Shown: positions 42,490 through 51,781 of the stretch, one piece after another
Layout of the letters: every line of letters starts with the position of its first letter
Numbering within the stretch: position 1 is the stretch's first letter
Source: Alphaproteobacteria bacterium
Lineage (GTDB): Bacteria > Pseudomonadota > Alphaproteobacteria > GCA-2746255
Assembly: GCA_965249135.1 (NCBI GenBank)
Contig: OZ252220.1
Span: 608,001-672,000 of the forward strand
Length of the DNA stretch: 64,000 nucleotides
Direction of reading: 5' to 3'
Notes under the pieces: model-generated
The model's database searches: none
What the model was told of the DNA's origin: nothing
The model's input: the letters and a program-made list of their open reading frames with translations, nothing else
Made by a program: the position numbers and the translations under genes

Positions 42490-43413
42490 CTAGACCGGGT
42501 CCCAATGGAAGACGTCGGCGGAGCGCTCCAGCGGATAGAGCTGGTCACCAAACGCCGGCAGCAATTCCTCGGCAATCGCCTCCGGCGTCCAGCCTTCGCC
42601 ACGATGGATCTTCGCAAGCGGTCTGGGCTGGCTCATCAGGAAAATCTCATTCCTGCGCACGGCGAAAATCTGGCCGGTCACGTCCTTGGCGGCGTCGCTG
42701 GCCAGAAAGACCGCCAGCGGCGCGATCTTGGCGGGTGTCATCTGCTTCAGCTTGTCGACCCGGGCCTGCTGCTCAGGCGTGTCCGTCGGGATCGAGCCGA
42801 TCATCCGGCTCCAGGCAAAAGGCGAGATGCAGTTCGAGCGCACGTTGTAGCGGGCCATGTCGAGCGCGATCGATTTCGAAAGCGCCGCGATCCCGAGCTT
42901 CGCCGCCGAATAGTTCGCCTGACCAACATTGCCGATGAGGCCCGAGGTCGAGGTCATGTGGATGAAGGTGCCGCTCTCCTGCTCGCGAAAATAGGGCGCG
43001 GCCGCGCGGGAAACCAGGAAGGAGCCGTTCAGATGCACATCAATCACCGCCCGCCAGTCTGTCTCCATCATCTTGTGAAAGATGCCGTCCCGGAGAATGC
43101 CGGCATTGTTGACGACGCAGTCGATCCGCCCAAACGAATCGATGGCGGTGTTGACGATGTTCGCGGCGCCAGACGCCGCCGTCACGCTATCGACATTGGT
43201 AACCGCTTCCCCCCCGGCCTCGCGAATCTCCACCGCGACCGTCGTGGCAAGGGAGGCGTCGGCGCCGGTGCCATCGAGTGAGCCCCCGACGTCGTTCACC
43301 ACGACGCGCCCGCCGGCCGCCGCCATGAGAAGGGCGATCTCACGGCCGATGCCGCGCCCGGCGCCGGTGACGAGGACGACCTTGCCGACGATCATGCCTT
43401 TTTTCTTTTCCAT
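42490..43413 (-). CDS. SDR oxidoreductase (3-hydroxyacyl-CoA dehydrogenase-like)
   Basis: TGAGRGIG, VVVND, NNAGILRD, YSAAK. Confidence 0.92.
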   Translation of the reverse strand: MEKKKGMIVGKVVLVTGAGRGIGREIALLMAAAGGRVVVNDVGGSLDGTGADASLATTVAVEIREAGGEAVTNVDSVTAASGAANIVNTAIDSFGRIDCVVNNAGILRDGIFHKMMETDWRAVIDVHLNGSFLVSRAAAPYFREQESGTFIHMTSTSGLIGNVGQANYSAAKLGIAALSKSIALDMARYNVRSNCISPFAWSRMIGSIPTDTPEQQARVDKLKQMTPAKIAPLAVFLASDAAKDVTGQIFAVRRNEIFLMSQPRPLAKIHRGEGWTPEAIAEELLPAFGDQLYPLERSADVFHWDPV

Positions 43414-43603
43414 TTGCCCCCTGGTGGCCCCTTTTCCGCGCGCGTCGGACCCTTAATGTTCGTGCGGCACGATGCTGTCAAGCGCTACCTCCGAGACGGA
43501 AATCGCCGGTCCGACCCGGCTTTTCACTTCCGAGCCCGAGGCCGACCCGCGTCTCGCGATCTACAATTTATACGAGAGTATTTTCGATAAATTACACGCG
43601 TTA

Positions 43604-43618
43604 TTAAATCCATATTAA
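43604..43618. promoter_or_regulatory. CtrA box TTAA-N7-TTAA
   Basis: TTAA ATCCATA TTAA in an AT-rich patch ~100 bp upstream of the chemoreceptor. Confidence 0.75.
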
Positions 43619-43715
43619 TAATTAACACGCATTACTTGCGCAAATACTCAACCGTCGCATGTCTTGTGTCCCCGAAAGGCGGCGGAGGAAAACCGCCAAA
43701 AGAGGGAACAATCAG

Positions 43716-45347
43716 ATGGCTAACGCGGCGCTTCAGGAAATCACAGACGATCAGCAAACCACGCTCTCCGCCGACGAACGGAACGTGCAGAACGCGGCGA
43801 CCCTGGAGGCGATCAGTGCCTCCCAGGCGATGATCGAGTTCGAGACGGACGGCACCATCCTCACGGCGAACGCGAACTTTCTTGCCGGGATGGGCTACAG
43901 CCTCGACGAGATCCAGGGCAAGCACCACAGCATGTTCGTCGATGCCGCCTACAAGGAGAGTGCGGAATACCGCGAGTTCTGGGAGACGCTGCGCAGCGGC
44001 AAGTTCCAGTCCGGCGAGTTCATGCGTGTGAACAAGGCCGGCGAGGAGGTCTGGCTGCAGGCCTCCTACAACCCGCTGCTGGACGCCGACGGCAAGGCGT
44101 TCAAGGTGGTCAAGATCGCCGTCGACATCACCGCGGAGAAGAAGCAGAAGTTGAAGGCGGACGCGGATACGAACCGTCTCACCCAGATGGTCGACAACAT
44201 GCCGGTCAACGTCATGATGGCCGATCCGGAAGAGTTCAAGATCAACTACATCAACCGGACCAGCGTCGAAACCCTGAAGACGCTCGAGCATCTGCTGCCC
44301 GTCAAGGCGGACGACATGCTCGGTCAGTGCATCGACATCTTCCACAAGAACCCGTCCCATCAGCGCGGCATCCTTGGGGATCCGAAGAACCTGCCACACC
44401 AGGCTCGGATCAAGGTCGGCAACAAAACCCTGGATCTCCTGGTTACCGCCATCATGGACAAGACTGGGAAGTACATCGGTCCGATGCTGAGCTGGAGCGT
44501 CATCACGAATATCGTCCAAATGACGGACAATTTCGAACGCCACGTGAAGGGGGTCGTCCAGACCTTCTCCTCGTCCTCGACCGAGCTGCAGGCTTCCGCC
44601 CAGGAAATGACGAAGACCGCGGAGCTGACCAGCCAGCAAAGCTCTTCCGTTGCTTCCGCCGCGGAACAAGCGACGACGAACGTGCAGACGGTGGCCTCGG
44701 CGGCGGAAGAGCTGTCGAGCTCGATTGCCGAGATCAGTAGCCAGGTCTCGAAGTCGAGCGAGATCGCCCAGAACGCCGTCAGCGAGGCGGACCGGACGAA
44801 TACCACCGTCGAGGGCCTGGCCGAGGCGGCTCAGAAGATCGGCGACGTCGTCAGTCTGATCAACGACATCGCCGGCCAGACGAACCTGCTCGCCTTGAAT
44901 GCGACGATCGAGGCGGCCCGGGCCGGCGGCGCCGGCAAGGGTTTCGCCGTCGTGGCGTCCGAGGTCAAGAACCTGGCCAACCAGACCGCCAAGGCGACGG
45001 AGGAGATCGGCAACCAGATCGGCGCCATTCAGGGAGCCGCCGGCGAGGCCGTCATCGCCATCAAGGGGATCGGCGGCACCATCCGCGAGATCAACGAGAT
45101 CGCCTCCTCGATCGCGTCCGCCGTCGAGGAACAGGGCGCCGCCACCTCGGAGATCAGCCGCAACGTCCAGGAGGCCGCCACCGGCACCCAGGAGGTGACC
45201 GGCACGATTGCCCAAGTGGCCACGGCCGCCAACGAAACCGGACAATCTGCAGGTCAGGTTCTGGAGGCATCCGGCGAACTCTCGAAGCAATCGGAGCTTC
45301 TTGGCAACGAAGTCGACAAGTTCCTCAAAGAGATGAAAAAGATCTAA
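43716..45347 (+). CDS. soluble methyl-accepting chemotaxis protein with two PAS domains
   Basis: No TM helix; PAS1 (IEF..DG.IL.AN.NF...GKHHSMFV...WLQASYNP); PAS2 ([11 protein letters not shown]...W); hairpin tip [32 protein letters not shown]. Confidence 0.95.
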   Translation: MANAALQEITDDQQTTLSADERNVQNAATLEAISASQAMIEFETDGTILTANANFLAGMGYSLDEIQGKHHSMFVDAAYKESAEYREFWETLRSGKFQSGEFMRVNKAGEEVWLQASYNPLLDADGKAFKVVKIAVDITAEKKQKLKADADTNRLTQMVDNMPVNVMMADPEEFKINYINRTSVETLKTLEHLLPVKADDMLGQCIDIFHKNPSHQRGILGDPKNLPHQARIKVGNKTLDLLVTAIMDKTGKYIGPMLSWSVITNIVQMTDNFERHVKGVVQTFSSSSTELQASAQEMTKTAELTSQQSSSVASAAEQATTNVQTVASAAEELSSSIAEISSQVSKSSEIAQNAVSEADRTNTTVEGLAEAAQKIGDVVSLINDIAGQTNLLALNATIEAARAGGAGKGFAVVASEVKNLANQTAKATEEIGNQIGAIQGAAGEAVIAIKGIGGTIREINEIASSIASAVEEQGAATSEISRNVQEAATGTQEVTGTIAQVATAANETGQSAGQVLEASGELSKQSELLGNEVDKFLKEMKKI

Positions 45348-45377
45348 CCCCCCTCGCCGGGTAACCGGCGAACTCTT

Positions 45378-45411
45378 GAGGCCCCGCATTTCCAAATGCG
45401 GGGCCTTTTTT
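45378..45411 (+). terminator. rho-independent terminator after the MCP gene
   Basis: AGGCCCCGCATTT/AAATGCGGGGCCT inverted repeat followed by a T run. Confidence 0.9.
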
Positions 45412-45493
45412 CTTGCCCGAAGCGCCTTAAAAGCCGCCTTGTTTCACCCCTGCTTCCCGCCTAGCATCGGGCCCGCGGAGGACGTGAAAGCCG

Positions 45494-45913
45494 ATGGCAG
45501 CCTATACCCCCTTCAAGGAACTCGAGGTCGGGCGCGTGTTTCCCGATCCGCCGGCGGATTTTCAGGTAACCGACGCGCAGGTGGAAGCCTACCTCGCCGC
45601 GACCGGCGATGCGACCGCCATCCCCCGGGAAGAAGCCGCCCGCCGCCCGGCCCCGCCGACGCTTGCCGCCGTCTATATGTTGGAGGCGCTTGCCCATCTT
45701 CGGAACCCGCCGGGAGGCATTCATACGAAGCAGCGCCTCACCTTTCATCGGCCGGCCTATGTCGGGGACCGGCTTACGACGGAAGTGCGCATCCTCGATA
45801 AATACGTCAAAAAAAGACGCAACCATGTGGTGATGGAAGTCGAGACCCGAAATCAGGACGGTGAGCTCATCACGACGGCCAGGATTTCACGGATCTGGGG
45901 GAAGGAAGCGTGA
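45494..45913 (+). CDS. MaoC/hotdog-fold dehydratase-like subunit
   Basis: YLAATGD, APPTL, IHTKQRLTFHRP..VGD, NQDGEL; lacks an obvious DxxxxH motif. Confidence 0.8.
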   Translation: MAAYTPFKELEVGRVFPDPPADFQVTDAQVEAYLAATGDATAIPREEAARRPAPPTLAAVYMLEALAHLRNPPGGIHTKQRLTFHRPAYVGDRLTTEVRILDKYVKKRRNHVVMEVETRNQDGELITTARISRIWGKEA

Positions 45914-46344
45914 GCGGAAGTGCAGAGCAAGGCCATGGCGGGGTTCGAATCGGGGACGCCATTCCGGAACGCCGCCACAAGGTTACCCAGGAACAAATCG
46001 ATCGTTACGCCGAAGCGTCCGGTGATCGAAATCCGCTCCATATCGACCCGGAATTCGCCAAACAGACGATTTTCCGGCGAACGATCGCCCATGGATTGCT
46101 GACGCTATCCTTTCTTTCCCAGGCGATGGCGGCCTGGGACTGGAAGGGCTGGGCGTTCGGCGGCGGGCTCGACGTCACGTTCTTGGGTCCCGTCTATCCC
46201 GATGACGAGGTCGTCGTTCAGGGCTCGGTCTCTGCCTTCGAGGTTGCCGAAGACGGCGTCTACGCCGTCTGCGAGGTGGCTTGCGTCGTCGACGATCGCA
46301 CGGTCATCGCCGGCACCGCGCGGCGGCGGCTTGAAGAGGCGTAA
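45910..46344 (+). CDS. MaoC family (R)-specific enoyl-CoA hydratase
   Basis: SGDRNPLHID hydratase-2 motif, IAHGLL. Confidence 0.9.
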   Translation: MSGSAEQGHGGVRIGDAIPERRHKVTQEQIDRYAEASGDRNPLHIDPEFAKQTIFRRTIAHGLLTLSFLSQAMAAWDWKGWAFGGGLDVTFLGPVYPDDEVVVQGSVSAFEVAEDGVYAVCEVACVVDDRTVIAGTARRRLEEA

Positions 46345-46354
46345 GGAAATCGGG

Positions 46355-47524
46355 ATGGCAAAACGACAGGTCGTGATTGCCGGCATCGCGGATGCCCCGC
46401 TTGAGAACGGGGTCATTCCGGGCGGTGCGAACGACCTGGAAATCCAGGCGCGAACGGCGAAGGCCGCCCTCGACGAGGCGGGCCTCAAGCTTTCCGATGT
46501 GGACGGCCTGCTCACCGCCGGGCTTTGGGGGATCCCGGGCCCCGGCCAGTTCCCGACCCTCGCCCTTTCCGAATACCTCGGCATCCGGCCGGCCTTCGGC
46601 GATGGGACGAATATCGGAGGCGCCGCCTTCGAGGCCCATCTCGGCCACGCGGCGATGGCGATCGAGGCGGGGCTCATCGAGGTCGCGCTGATTACCTATG
46701 GGAGCACCCAAAAGAGCTTGAAAAGCAGGGACTTAAGAGGCAGACCGGCGGTGCTTTCGCTGCAGTTCGATACGCCCTATGGCCTTCCCTATCCGGTTGG
46801 CGCCTACGCCATGGTGGCCCAACGGCACATGCATGAATTCGGCACGACCAGCGAACAGCTGGCCGAGATCGCGGTCGCCACGCGCCAATGGGCGGCCAGG
46901 AATCCGGCGGCCATGATGCGCGAGCCATTGACCCTCGATAACGTGGCGTCCTCCCCGATGATCACGGATCCCCTCCACCTGCTCGACTGTTGCCTGGTGA
47001 CGGACGGCGGCGGATCGATCGTCCTTACCACGGAGGCCCGCGCACGCGATTTGAAGACGAAACCGATTTACGTCCGGGGTCATGGCGAATCCCAGACGCA
47101 CCTCACGATTGCCTCGATGCCGGACCTTGCCACCCACACGGCGGCGGTGGAAAGCGGGAAGCGGGCGTTTGCGATGGCCGGCATCGGTCCCGACGCGATC
47201 GACGTCGCCGAGATCTACGATTCGTTTACGATCACCGTCCTACTGACGCTCGAGGCGCTCGGCTTCTGCGGGCGGGGCGAAGGTGGTGACTTCGTAGCCG
47301 GCGGTCGCACGGCGCCCGGCGGCGCCTTTCCGATGAACACGAGCGGCGGCGGCCTCTCCTACGCCCACCCCGGCATGTTCGGGATCTTCCTGTTAATCGA
47401 GGCGGTCCGCCAGCTGCGCGGCGGGGCCGGCGAACGCCAGATCAAAGGCGCGCGAACGGCGCTTGCCCACGGCACCGGCGGCGTGATGTCGAGCGGCGCC
47501 ACCTGCATCCTGTCGAATCACTAA
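46355..47524 (+). CDS. SCP2-type thiolase-fold protein (Ltp2-like aldolase candidate)
   Basis: GGAAF where the nucleophilic Cys usually lies, LLDCCLVTDG, EIYDSFT, NTSGGGLSYAHPG. Confidence 0.85.
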   Translation: MAKRQVVIAGIADAPLENGVIPGGANDLEIQARTAKAALDEAGLKLSDVDGLLTAGLWGIPGPGQFPTLALSEYLGIRPAFGDGTNIGGAAFEAHLGHAAMAIEAGLIEVALITYGSTQKSLKSRDLRGRPAVLSLQFDTPYGLPYPVGAYAMVAQRHMHEFGTTSEQLAEIAVATRQWAARNPAAMMREPLTLDNVASSPMITDPLHLLDCCLVTDGGGSIVLTTEARARDLKTKPIYVRGHGESQTHLTIASMPDLATHTAAVESGKRAFAMAGIGPDAIDVAEIYDSFTITVLLTLEALGFCGRGEGGDFVAGGRTAPGGAFPMNTSGGGLSYAHPGMFGIFLLIEAVRQLRGGAGERQIKGARTALAHGTGGVMSSGATCILSNH

Positions 47525-47537
47525 GGCGAAGTAGACG

Positions 47538-47945
47538 ATGACCGAAAAACCGCTGCCCACGATCGACCCTTCGAGCCGCCCCTTCTGGGAAGCGGCGAAG
47601 GCGCACCGCCTCGTCATCCAACGCTGCGGGGACTGCGGAGCCTACGTTTTCTATCCGCGTGCGAACTGTACGGCGTGCGGTTCCGACCGGCTGGAATGGA
47701 CGGAAGCAAGCGGCGAAGGATCGGTCTACAGCTATACGATTGCGCGCCGGCCGGCCGGCGCCGGCTTCAAGGAAGACGTGCCCTATGTCGTCGCCGTCAT
47801 CGAACTGAAGGAGGGGCCCCGGCTCCTCAGTAACATCGTGACGGAGAACGTAGAAAGCGTCACTATTGGGGAGGCGGTTCGGGTCGTCTTCGACGACGTG
47901 ACGGACGAGATTACGTTGCCAAAATTCATGCTTACGAAGCGCTAG
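47538..47945 (+). CDS. Zn-ribbon/OB-fold DUF35 protein
   Basis: PFWEA, CGDC...CTAC, GSVYSYT, ELKEGPR. Confidence 0.92.
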   Translation: MTEKPLPTIDPSSRPFWEAAKAHRLVIQRCGDCGAYVFYPRANCTACGSDRLEWTEASGEGSVYSYTIARRPAGAGFKEDVPYVVAVIELKEGPRLLSNIVTENVESVTIGEAVRVVFDDVTDEITLPKFMLTKR

Positions 47946-47953
47946 GTTGCCCA

Positions 47954-49186
47954 ATGGTCGATTTCACCGTTCCGGACGAAATTCGCGACATCACGGAGGG
48001 TCTCTGCACCTTCATCGAGCGGGAAATCCTTCCCCTCGAGGAGGCAAATGCCGAGCTTTTCGCCAAGGATCGCAACCTCTACGACGAATCGGGCCATTAC
48101 GTCCCTCTCCATAGCAAGCTTCGCAAACAGGCGCGCATGAAGTCGGCTGAGGCCGGCTATTACACGATGTTCGGCTCAAAGGAAATTGGTGGAACGGAGT
48201 TAGGCCCCCTTGCGATCGTCCACATCCACGATCGAATGAACACCCGCTTCGGCATGCGGTTCCTTGTTCATAAGGTCGTCATCCCGTCCGAGTTTACGAA
48301 CGGGCTCACGCCGATCCTTACCTTCATGAAGCCGGAGCTTCGTGACACTTATCTTCCCGTCATCGCGAGCGGAGAAAAGACGCTTTGCGTCGCCATCAGC
48401 GAACCGGACGCGGGTTCGGATATTTACAACATGCGGACGAAGGCGGTCCGCGACGGCAATGGGTGGGTCATTAATGGAACGAAGCAATGGATCACGAACG
48501 GGCCCTACGCCGATTACTGCATCCTTTTCGCGGTAACGGATGCGGAACGCTGCCGCGAAAGAAAAGGCGGCATCACCGGCTTTTTCATCGACACCGAGTG
48601 GGAAGGCTACGATGCCTCGACGGTGATCCCCATCATGGGACATCCGGGTGGGGATACGGGCATGCTGACCTTCGATGACGTTCGCGTACCCGATTCCCAC
48701 GTGCTTGGCGAAGTGGACGACGGCATGAAGGTGGCGCTTACCGGCATCAACATCGGCCGGCTTGCCATGGCCTCGATCAGTGCCGGCCTTGCCCAGTGGG
48801 GGCTCGATCAGGCGATCGAATACGCGAAGGTCCGCAAGACCTTCGACAAACCGATCGCCGAGCATCAGATGATCCAGGGCATGCTGGCCGAAATGGCGAT
48901 GGACATCTATGCGGCGAAGAACATGCTTCGCCACTGCGCATGGAAAATCGAACAAGGGGAGAGAGCCGTCAAGGAGATATCGATGGTGAAGGCCTATGGG
49001 ACGGAAATGCTCTGCCGGGTCATGGACACGGCCATGCAGGTGCATGGCGGCATGGGGTTGACGAACGAGCTTGGCCTCGAGGCAGTCTACCGCTGGGGAC
49101 GGTCGATGCGGATTCCAGACGGGACCAGCGAAATCCAGCGGCGCAACGTGGCCAGGCGTCTTTTGGACGGAGACACCGAAATTTGA
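47954..49186 (+). CDS. acyl-CoA dehydrogenase
   Basis: ISEPDAGSD, INGTKQWITN, RKTFDKPI, QVHGGMG, RIPDGTSEIQR. Confidence 0.95.
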   Translation: MVDFTVPDEIRDITEGLCTFIEREILPLEEANAELFAKDRNLYDESGHYVPLHSKLRKQARMKSAEAGYYTMFGSKEIGGTELGPLAIVHIHDRMNTRFGMRFLVHKVVIPSEFTNGLTPILTFMKPELRDTYLPVIASGEKTLCVAISEPDAGSDIYNMRTKAVRDGNGWVINGTKQWITNGPYADYCILFAVTDAERCRERKGGITGFFIDTEWEGYDASTVIPIMGHPGGDTGMLTFDDVRVPDSHVLGEVDDGMKVALTGINIGRLAMASISAGLAQWGLDQAIEYAKVRKTFDKPIAEHQMIQGMLAEMAMDIYAAKNMLRHCAWKIEQGERAVKEISMVKAYGTEMLCRVMDTAMQVHGGMGLTNELGLEAVYRWGRSMRIPDGTSEIQRRNVARRLLDGDTEI

Positions 49187-49866
49187 AATCGCCCACTCAA
49201 GCGACTGGCAAGACCACGGCGGAAATCCTGCTGCGCCTGAACGCGATCGATTTCCGACCCAGCGAGCCGTTCCAACTGACCTCTGGCTGGGCAAGCCCGG
49301 TCTATGTCGATTGCCGGAAACTCATCTCTTTCCCCAAAGAGCGGCGCGAGATCTTGGATCTCGCGGTCGACACCCTGACCGACGCCTTAGGCAAAGATGC
49401 CTTCGATGCGATCGCCGGCGGCGAGACGGCGGGCATCCCCTACGCTGCATGGCTTGCCGAACGCATGGACCTGCCGATGCTCTACGTCCGGAAAAAGCCG
49501 AAAGGCTTCGGGCGCATGGCACAAATCGAAGGGCATTTCAAGACGGGCGATCGCGTCTTGCTGGTCGAAGACCTCGCCACGGACGGCAAGGGCAAGCTCA
49601 AATTCTGCGAAGCCCTTCGTGACGCCGGCGCCGAGGTTGCCCACGCCTTCGTCGTCTTTCATTACGGAATCTTCCATGACGGGATCGCCGCCCTGAAGAC
49701 GGCGGGGATCACGCTGCATGCGCTTGCTACCTGGTGGGACGTCCTGGAGGCGGCCACCCGGCAAGACGCCTTTCCGGAGGCAACGCTTCAGGAAGTCCAA
49801 GCCTTCCTCGAAGATCCGCACGCCTGGTCCGCCGCCCATGGGGGCGTGGCCTCGTTTGCTTCCTGA
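49183..49866 (+). CDS. pyrE: orotate phosphoribosyltransferase
   Basis: LTSGWASPVYVDCR, GGETAGIP, YVRKKPKGFG, LLVEDLATDG; TTG start overlaps the ACAD stop codon. Confidence 0.93.
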   Translation: MKSPTQATGKTTAEILLRLNAIDFRPSEPFQLTSGWASPVYVDCRKLISFPKERREILDLAVDTLTDALGKDAFDAIAGGETAGIPYAAWLAERMDLPMLYVRKKPKGFGRMAQIEGHFKTGDRVLLVEDLATDGKGKLKFCEALRDAGAEVAHAFVVFHYGIFHDGIAALKTAGITLHALATWWDVLEAATRQDAFPEATLQEVQAFLEDPHAWSAAHGGVASFAS

Positions 49867-49880
49867 ATCACGCCTTTGCG

Positions 49881-50105
49881 ATGTCGGACCTGGAAACCAT
49901 CCGCCGCCTGCTGGACGAAGTCGAGGCGCTGCTGGACGAACTTGCGCCGCCCGAGCGCGAAATCTTCGAAGAACTCCGCCTTCGCTATTCGCAAACGACC
50001 ACGCTTGCCATCGGCGATGACCGCTCGCTCGAGGTGATCCTTCGGAACGTCGCGGTCCGCAAGCAATTGGGCCTCAAGATCACCTCAGACGGAAGCGAAT
50101 CGTAA
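49881..50105 (+). CDS. small hypothetical helical protein (74 aa)
   Basis: ATG 14 bp after pyrE; amphipathic helical composition MSDLETIRRLLDEVEALL... Confidence 0.65.
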   Translation: MSDLETIRRLLDEVEALLDELAPPEREIFEELRLRYSQTTTLAIGDDRSLEVILRNVAVRKQLGLKITSDGSES

Positions 50106-50163
50106 CGCGGGCGCGGTGTTCAAAAATTGTGAACGCTTTTGTATCCAGCCTTTCCACGGCCTA

Positions 50164-50206
50164 CTTTAAAATCATTTAAAAGAGCCGCCTTTAAAACCAT
50201 TTAAAA
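50164..50206. repeat. tandem 18-bp AT-rich direct repeat (putative operator)
   Basis: CTTTAAAATCATTTAAAA (50164-50181) and CTTTAAAACCATTTAAAA (50189-50206), 25 bp period. Confidence 0.8.
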
Positions 50207-50234
50207 AAAGCGGGGGACTTGGAAGGAGATTCTC

Positions 50235-50732
50235 ATGCGAAAGATCCTACTTAGTCTTGCCATCGTCGGCTTTCTGCTTCCCGGCGTAGCCCGCGCCGAT
50301 CTTCCCTCGGCGAAACACGCCTATGACAGCGGCGACCTCCAGACGGCGTTCCAGGAATTCAAGACCCTGGCCGAACAAGAAAACGGGTTTGCCAAGAACC
50401 GCCTTGGCGAGCTTTACCGGGACGGCAAGGGCACGGACCAAAACCACGAAGAAGCGGCGGCCTGGTTCCAGAAGGCGACCGATAACGGATACTTGCGTGC
50501 CTATTGGAATTTGGGGCGCATGTACGAAGACGGCCTCGGTCTCAACCAGGACTACGTACTCGCCTTCAAATGGTACTACCTTGGCCGAACGACCACCCAG
50601 AACGCGCTCGCCCTTCGGCGCGTGAAGAGCAAGATGTCCCCGCTTCAAAAGTCGGAGGCAAAGAACTTGGCCCGTGATCTTCAGCGTTTACGCCCCTCCT
50701 TTAGGGGCCTCCCCGCCGGATTTCATCTGTAA
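50235..50732 (+). CDS. secreted Sel1-repeat protein
   Basis: Signal peptide; AKNRLGELYRDGKG...AAAWFQKA; LGRMYEDGLG...AFKWY; strong RBS. Confidence 0.9.
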   Translation: MRKILLSLAIVGFLLPGVARADLPSAKHAYDSGDLQTAFQEFKTLAEQENGFAKNRLGELYRDGKGTDQNHEEAAAWFQKATDNGYLRAYWNLGRMYEDGLGLNQDYVLAFKWYYLGRTTTQNALALRRVKSKMSPLQKSEAKNLARDLQRLRPSFRGLPAGFHL

Positions 50733-50763
50733 CTTCATCCGCGAAGAAGAAAGATAGGACCCG

Positions 50764-51141
50764 ATGTCCCTTCCATTCGAAATGGCCGGTCTTTGCCGGC
50801 GCTTGTTCGCCCTTCTTTTGCTCCTCCCCTGGCTCGCCCTGTCCTCGGCCCAGGCCGAGGTTGGAGATACGATCGGCGAAGGGCTGCTTTCCGGAGACGC
50901 CTATCGCTACTCCACGGAATTGGACCGCATGGTCTACGTGGCCGGCGCCTCGGACCTTCTGATCGCGTTTGCGCACCGAACCGGCGAAGATTCGGCTTGG
51001 TACCGCTGCATCGAGCCGATGGATGCGCCCCAGCTCGAGGTGCATTTCCTGAAATGGATCAAGGCGCACCCCGAGGAATGGCCGAACCCGGCAGGACCGC
51101 TTTTCATGCGGGCCATTCGCGAGTATTGCGCATCGCAATAG
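50764..51141 (+). CDS. secreted Rap1a/Tai-like immunity protein
   Basis: Signal peptide; YVAGASD, central Cys, KAHPE, terminal AIREYC, matching the Rap1a/Tai layout. Confidence 0.6.
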   Translation: MSLPFEMAGLCRRLFALLLLLPWLALSSAQAEVGDTIGEGLLSGDAYRYSTELDRMVYVAGASDLLIAFAHRTGEDSAWYRCIEPMDAPQLEVHFLKWIKAHPEEWPNPAGPLFMRAIREYCASQ

Positions 51142-51212
51142 ATCGCCGGCCGAAGGTTGCCTTTGCTTCCAAAAACGCGCTAGCTTCTGGCCCACGGCCA
51201 GAAAGGAGAAGC

Positions 51213-51686
51213 ATGCGCAATACGCTGCTGGCGGCGCTTACTTGCTTCCTCCTCTTCAGCCCCCCGGCGCTCGCTGGCTACGAAGAGGGAAGCGAAGCTT
51301 ACAAACAAGGGGATTATCAAGTCGCCTACCGTGAGTGGCAACCACTCGCGGAACAGGGTAGTGCGAAGGCCCAGAACAAGATGGGCGTGCTGTACGCGAC
51401 GGGCCGGGGAGTCCGGCGCGATCCGAAAGCGGCGCTTAGCTGGTTCATGAAGGCCGCCAAACAAGGCAATTTGGATGCACATATCAATATCGGCCGCATG
51501 CATGAGCAAGGCCACGGAGTTCCTCGCGACCTGCCAAAGGCCTATCTCTGGTACCACATGGCGTCCACGGTGGCGAAAGGCAAAAACATGCGCGAGCGTC
51601 TCTGGAACAAGATGAGCCCGAAGGAACGCAAGCAAGCAAAGCGCCTTCGGGGCAGGTCGGACCGTTTCCGGACGCGGGCTTATTGA
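51213..51686 (+). CDS. secreted Sel1-repeat protein
   Basis: RBS AGGAG, signal peptide, LAEQGSAKAQNKMGVLYATGRGV, IGRMHEQGHGVPRD..KAYLWY. Confidence 0.9.
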   Translation: MRNTLLAALTCFLLFSPPALAGYEEGSEAYKQGDYQVAYREWQPLAEQGSAKAQNKMGVLYATGRGVRRDPKAALSWFMKAAKQGNLDAHINIGRMHEQGHGVPRDLPKAYLWYHMASTVAKGKNMRERLWNKMSPKERKQAKRLRGRSDRFRTRAY

Positions 51687-51781
51687 TCGGCTTCGTATCC
51701 TCGCATGCATTGACCCGCTACCGACTTCCGCCTCGACTGGCTTTCAAGGCTTAAATGGGCTAGCCTTCCATCCGGCCGGTC

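Noticed and set aside
50118-50134. LexA (SOS) box
   Set aside because: Alphaproteobacterial LexA binds the direct repeat GTTC-N7-GTTC; this is an inverted repeat.
50164-50206. Mini-CRISPR or attC-like cassette repeats around the Sel1 array
   Set aside because: Only two 18-bp units with a 7-bp spacer, no cas or integrase gene, and the other intergenic spacers share no repeat.
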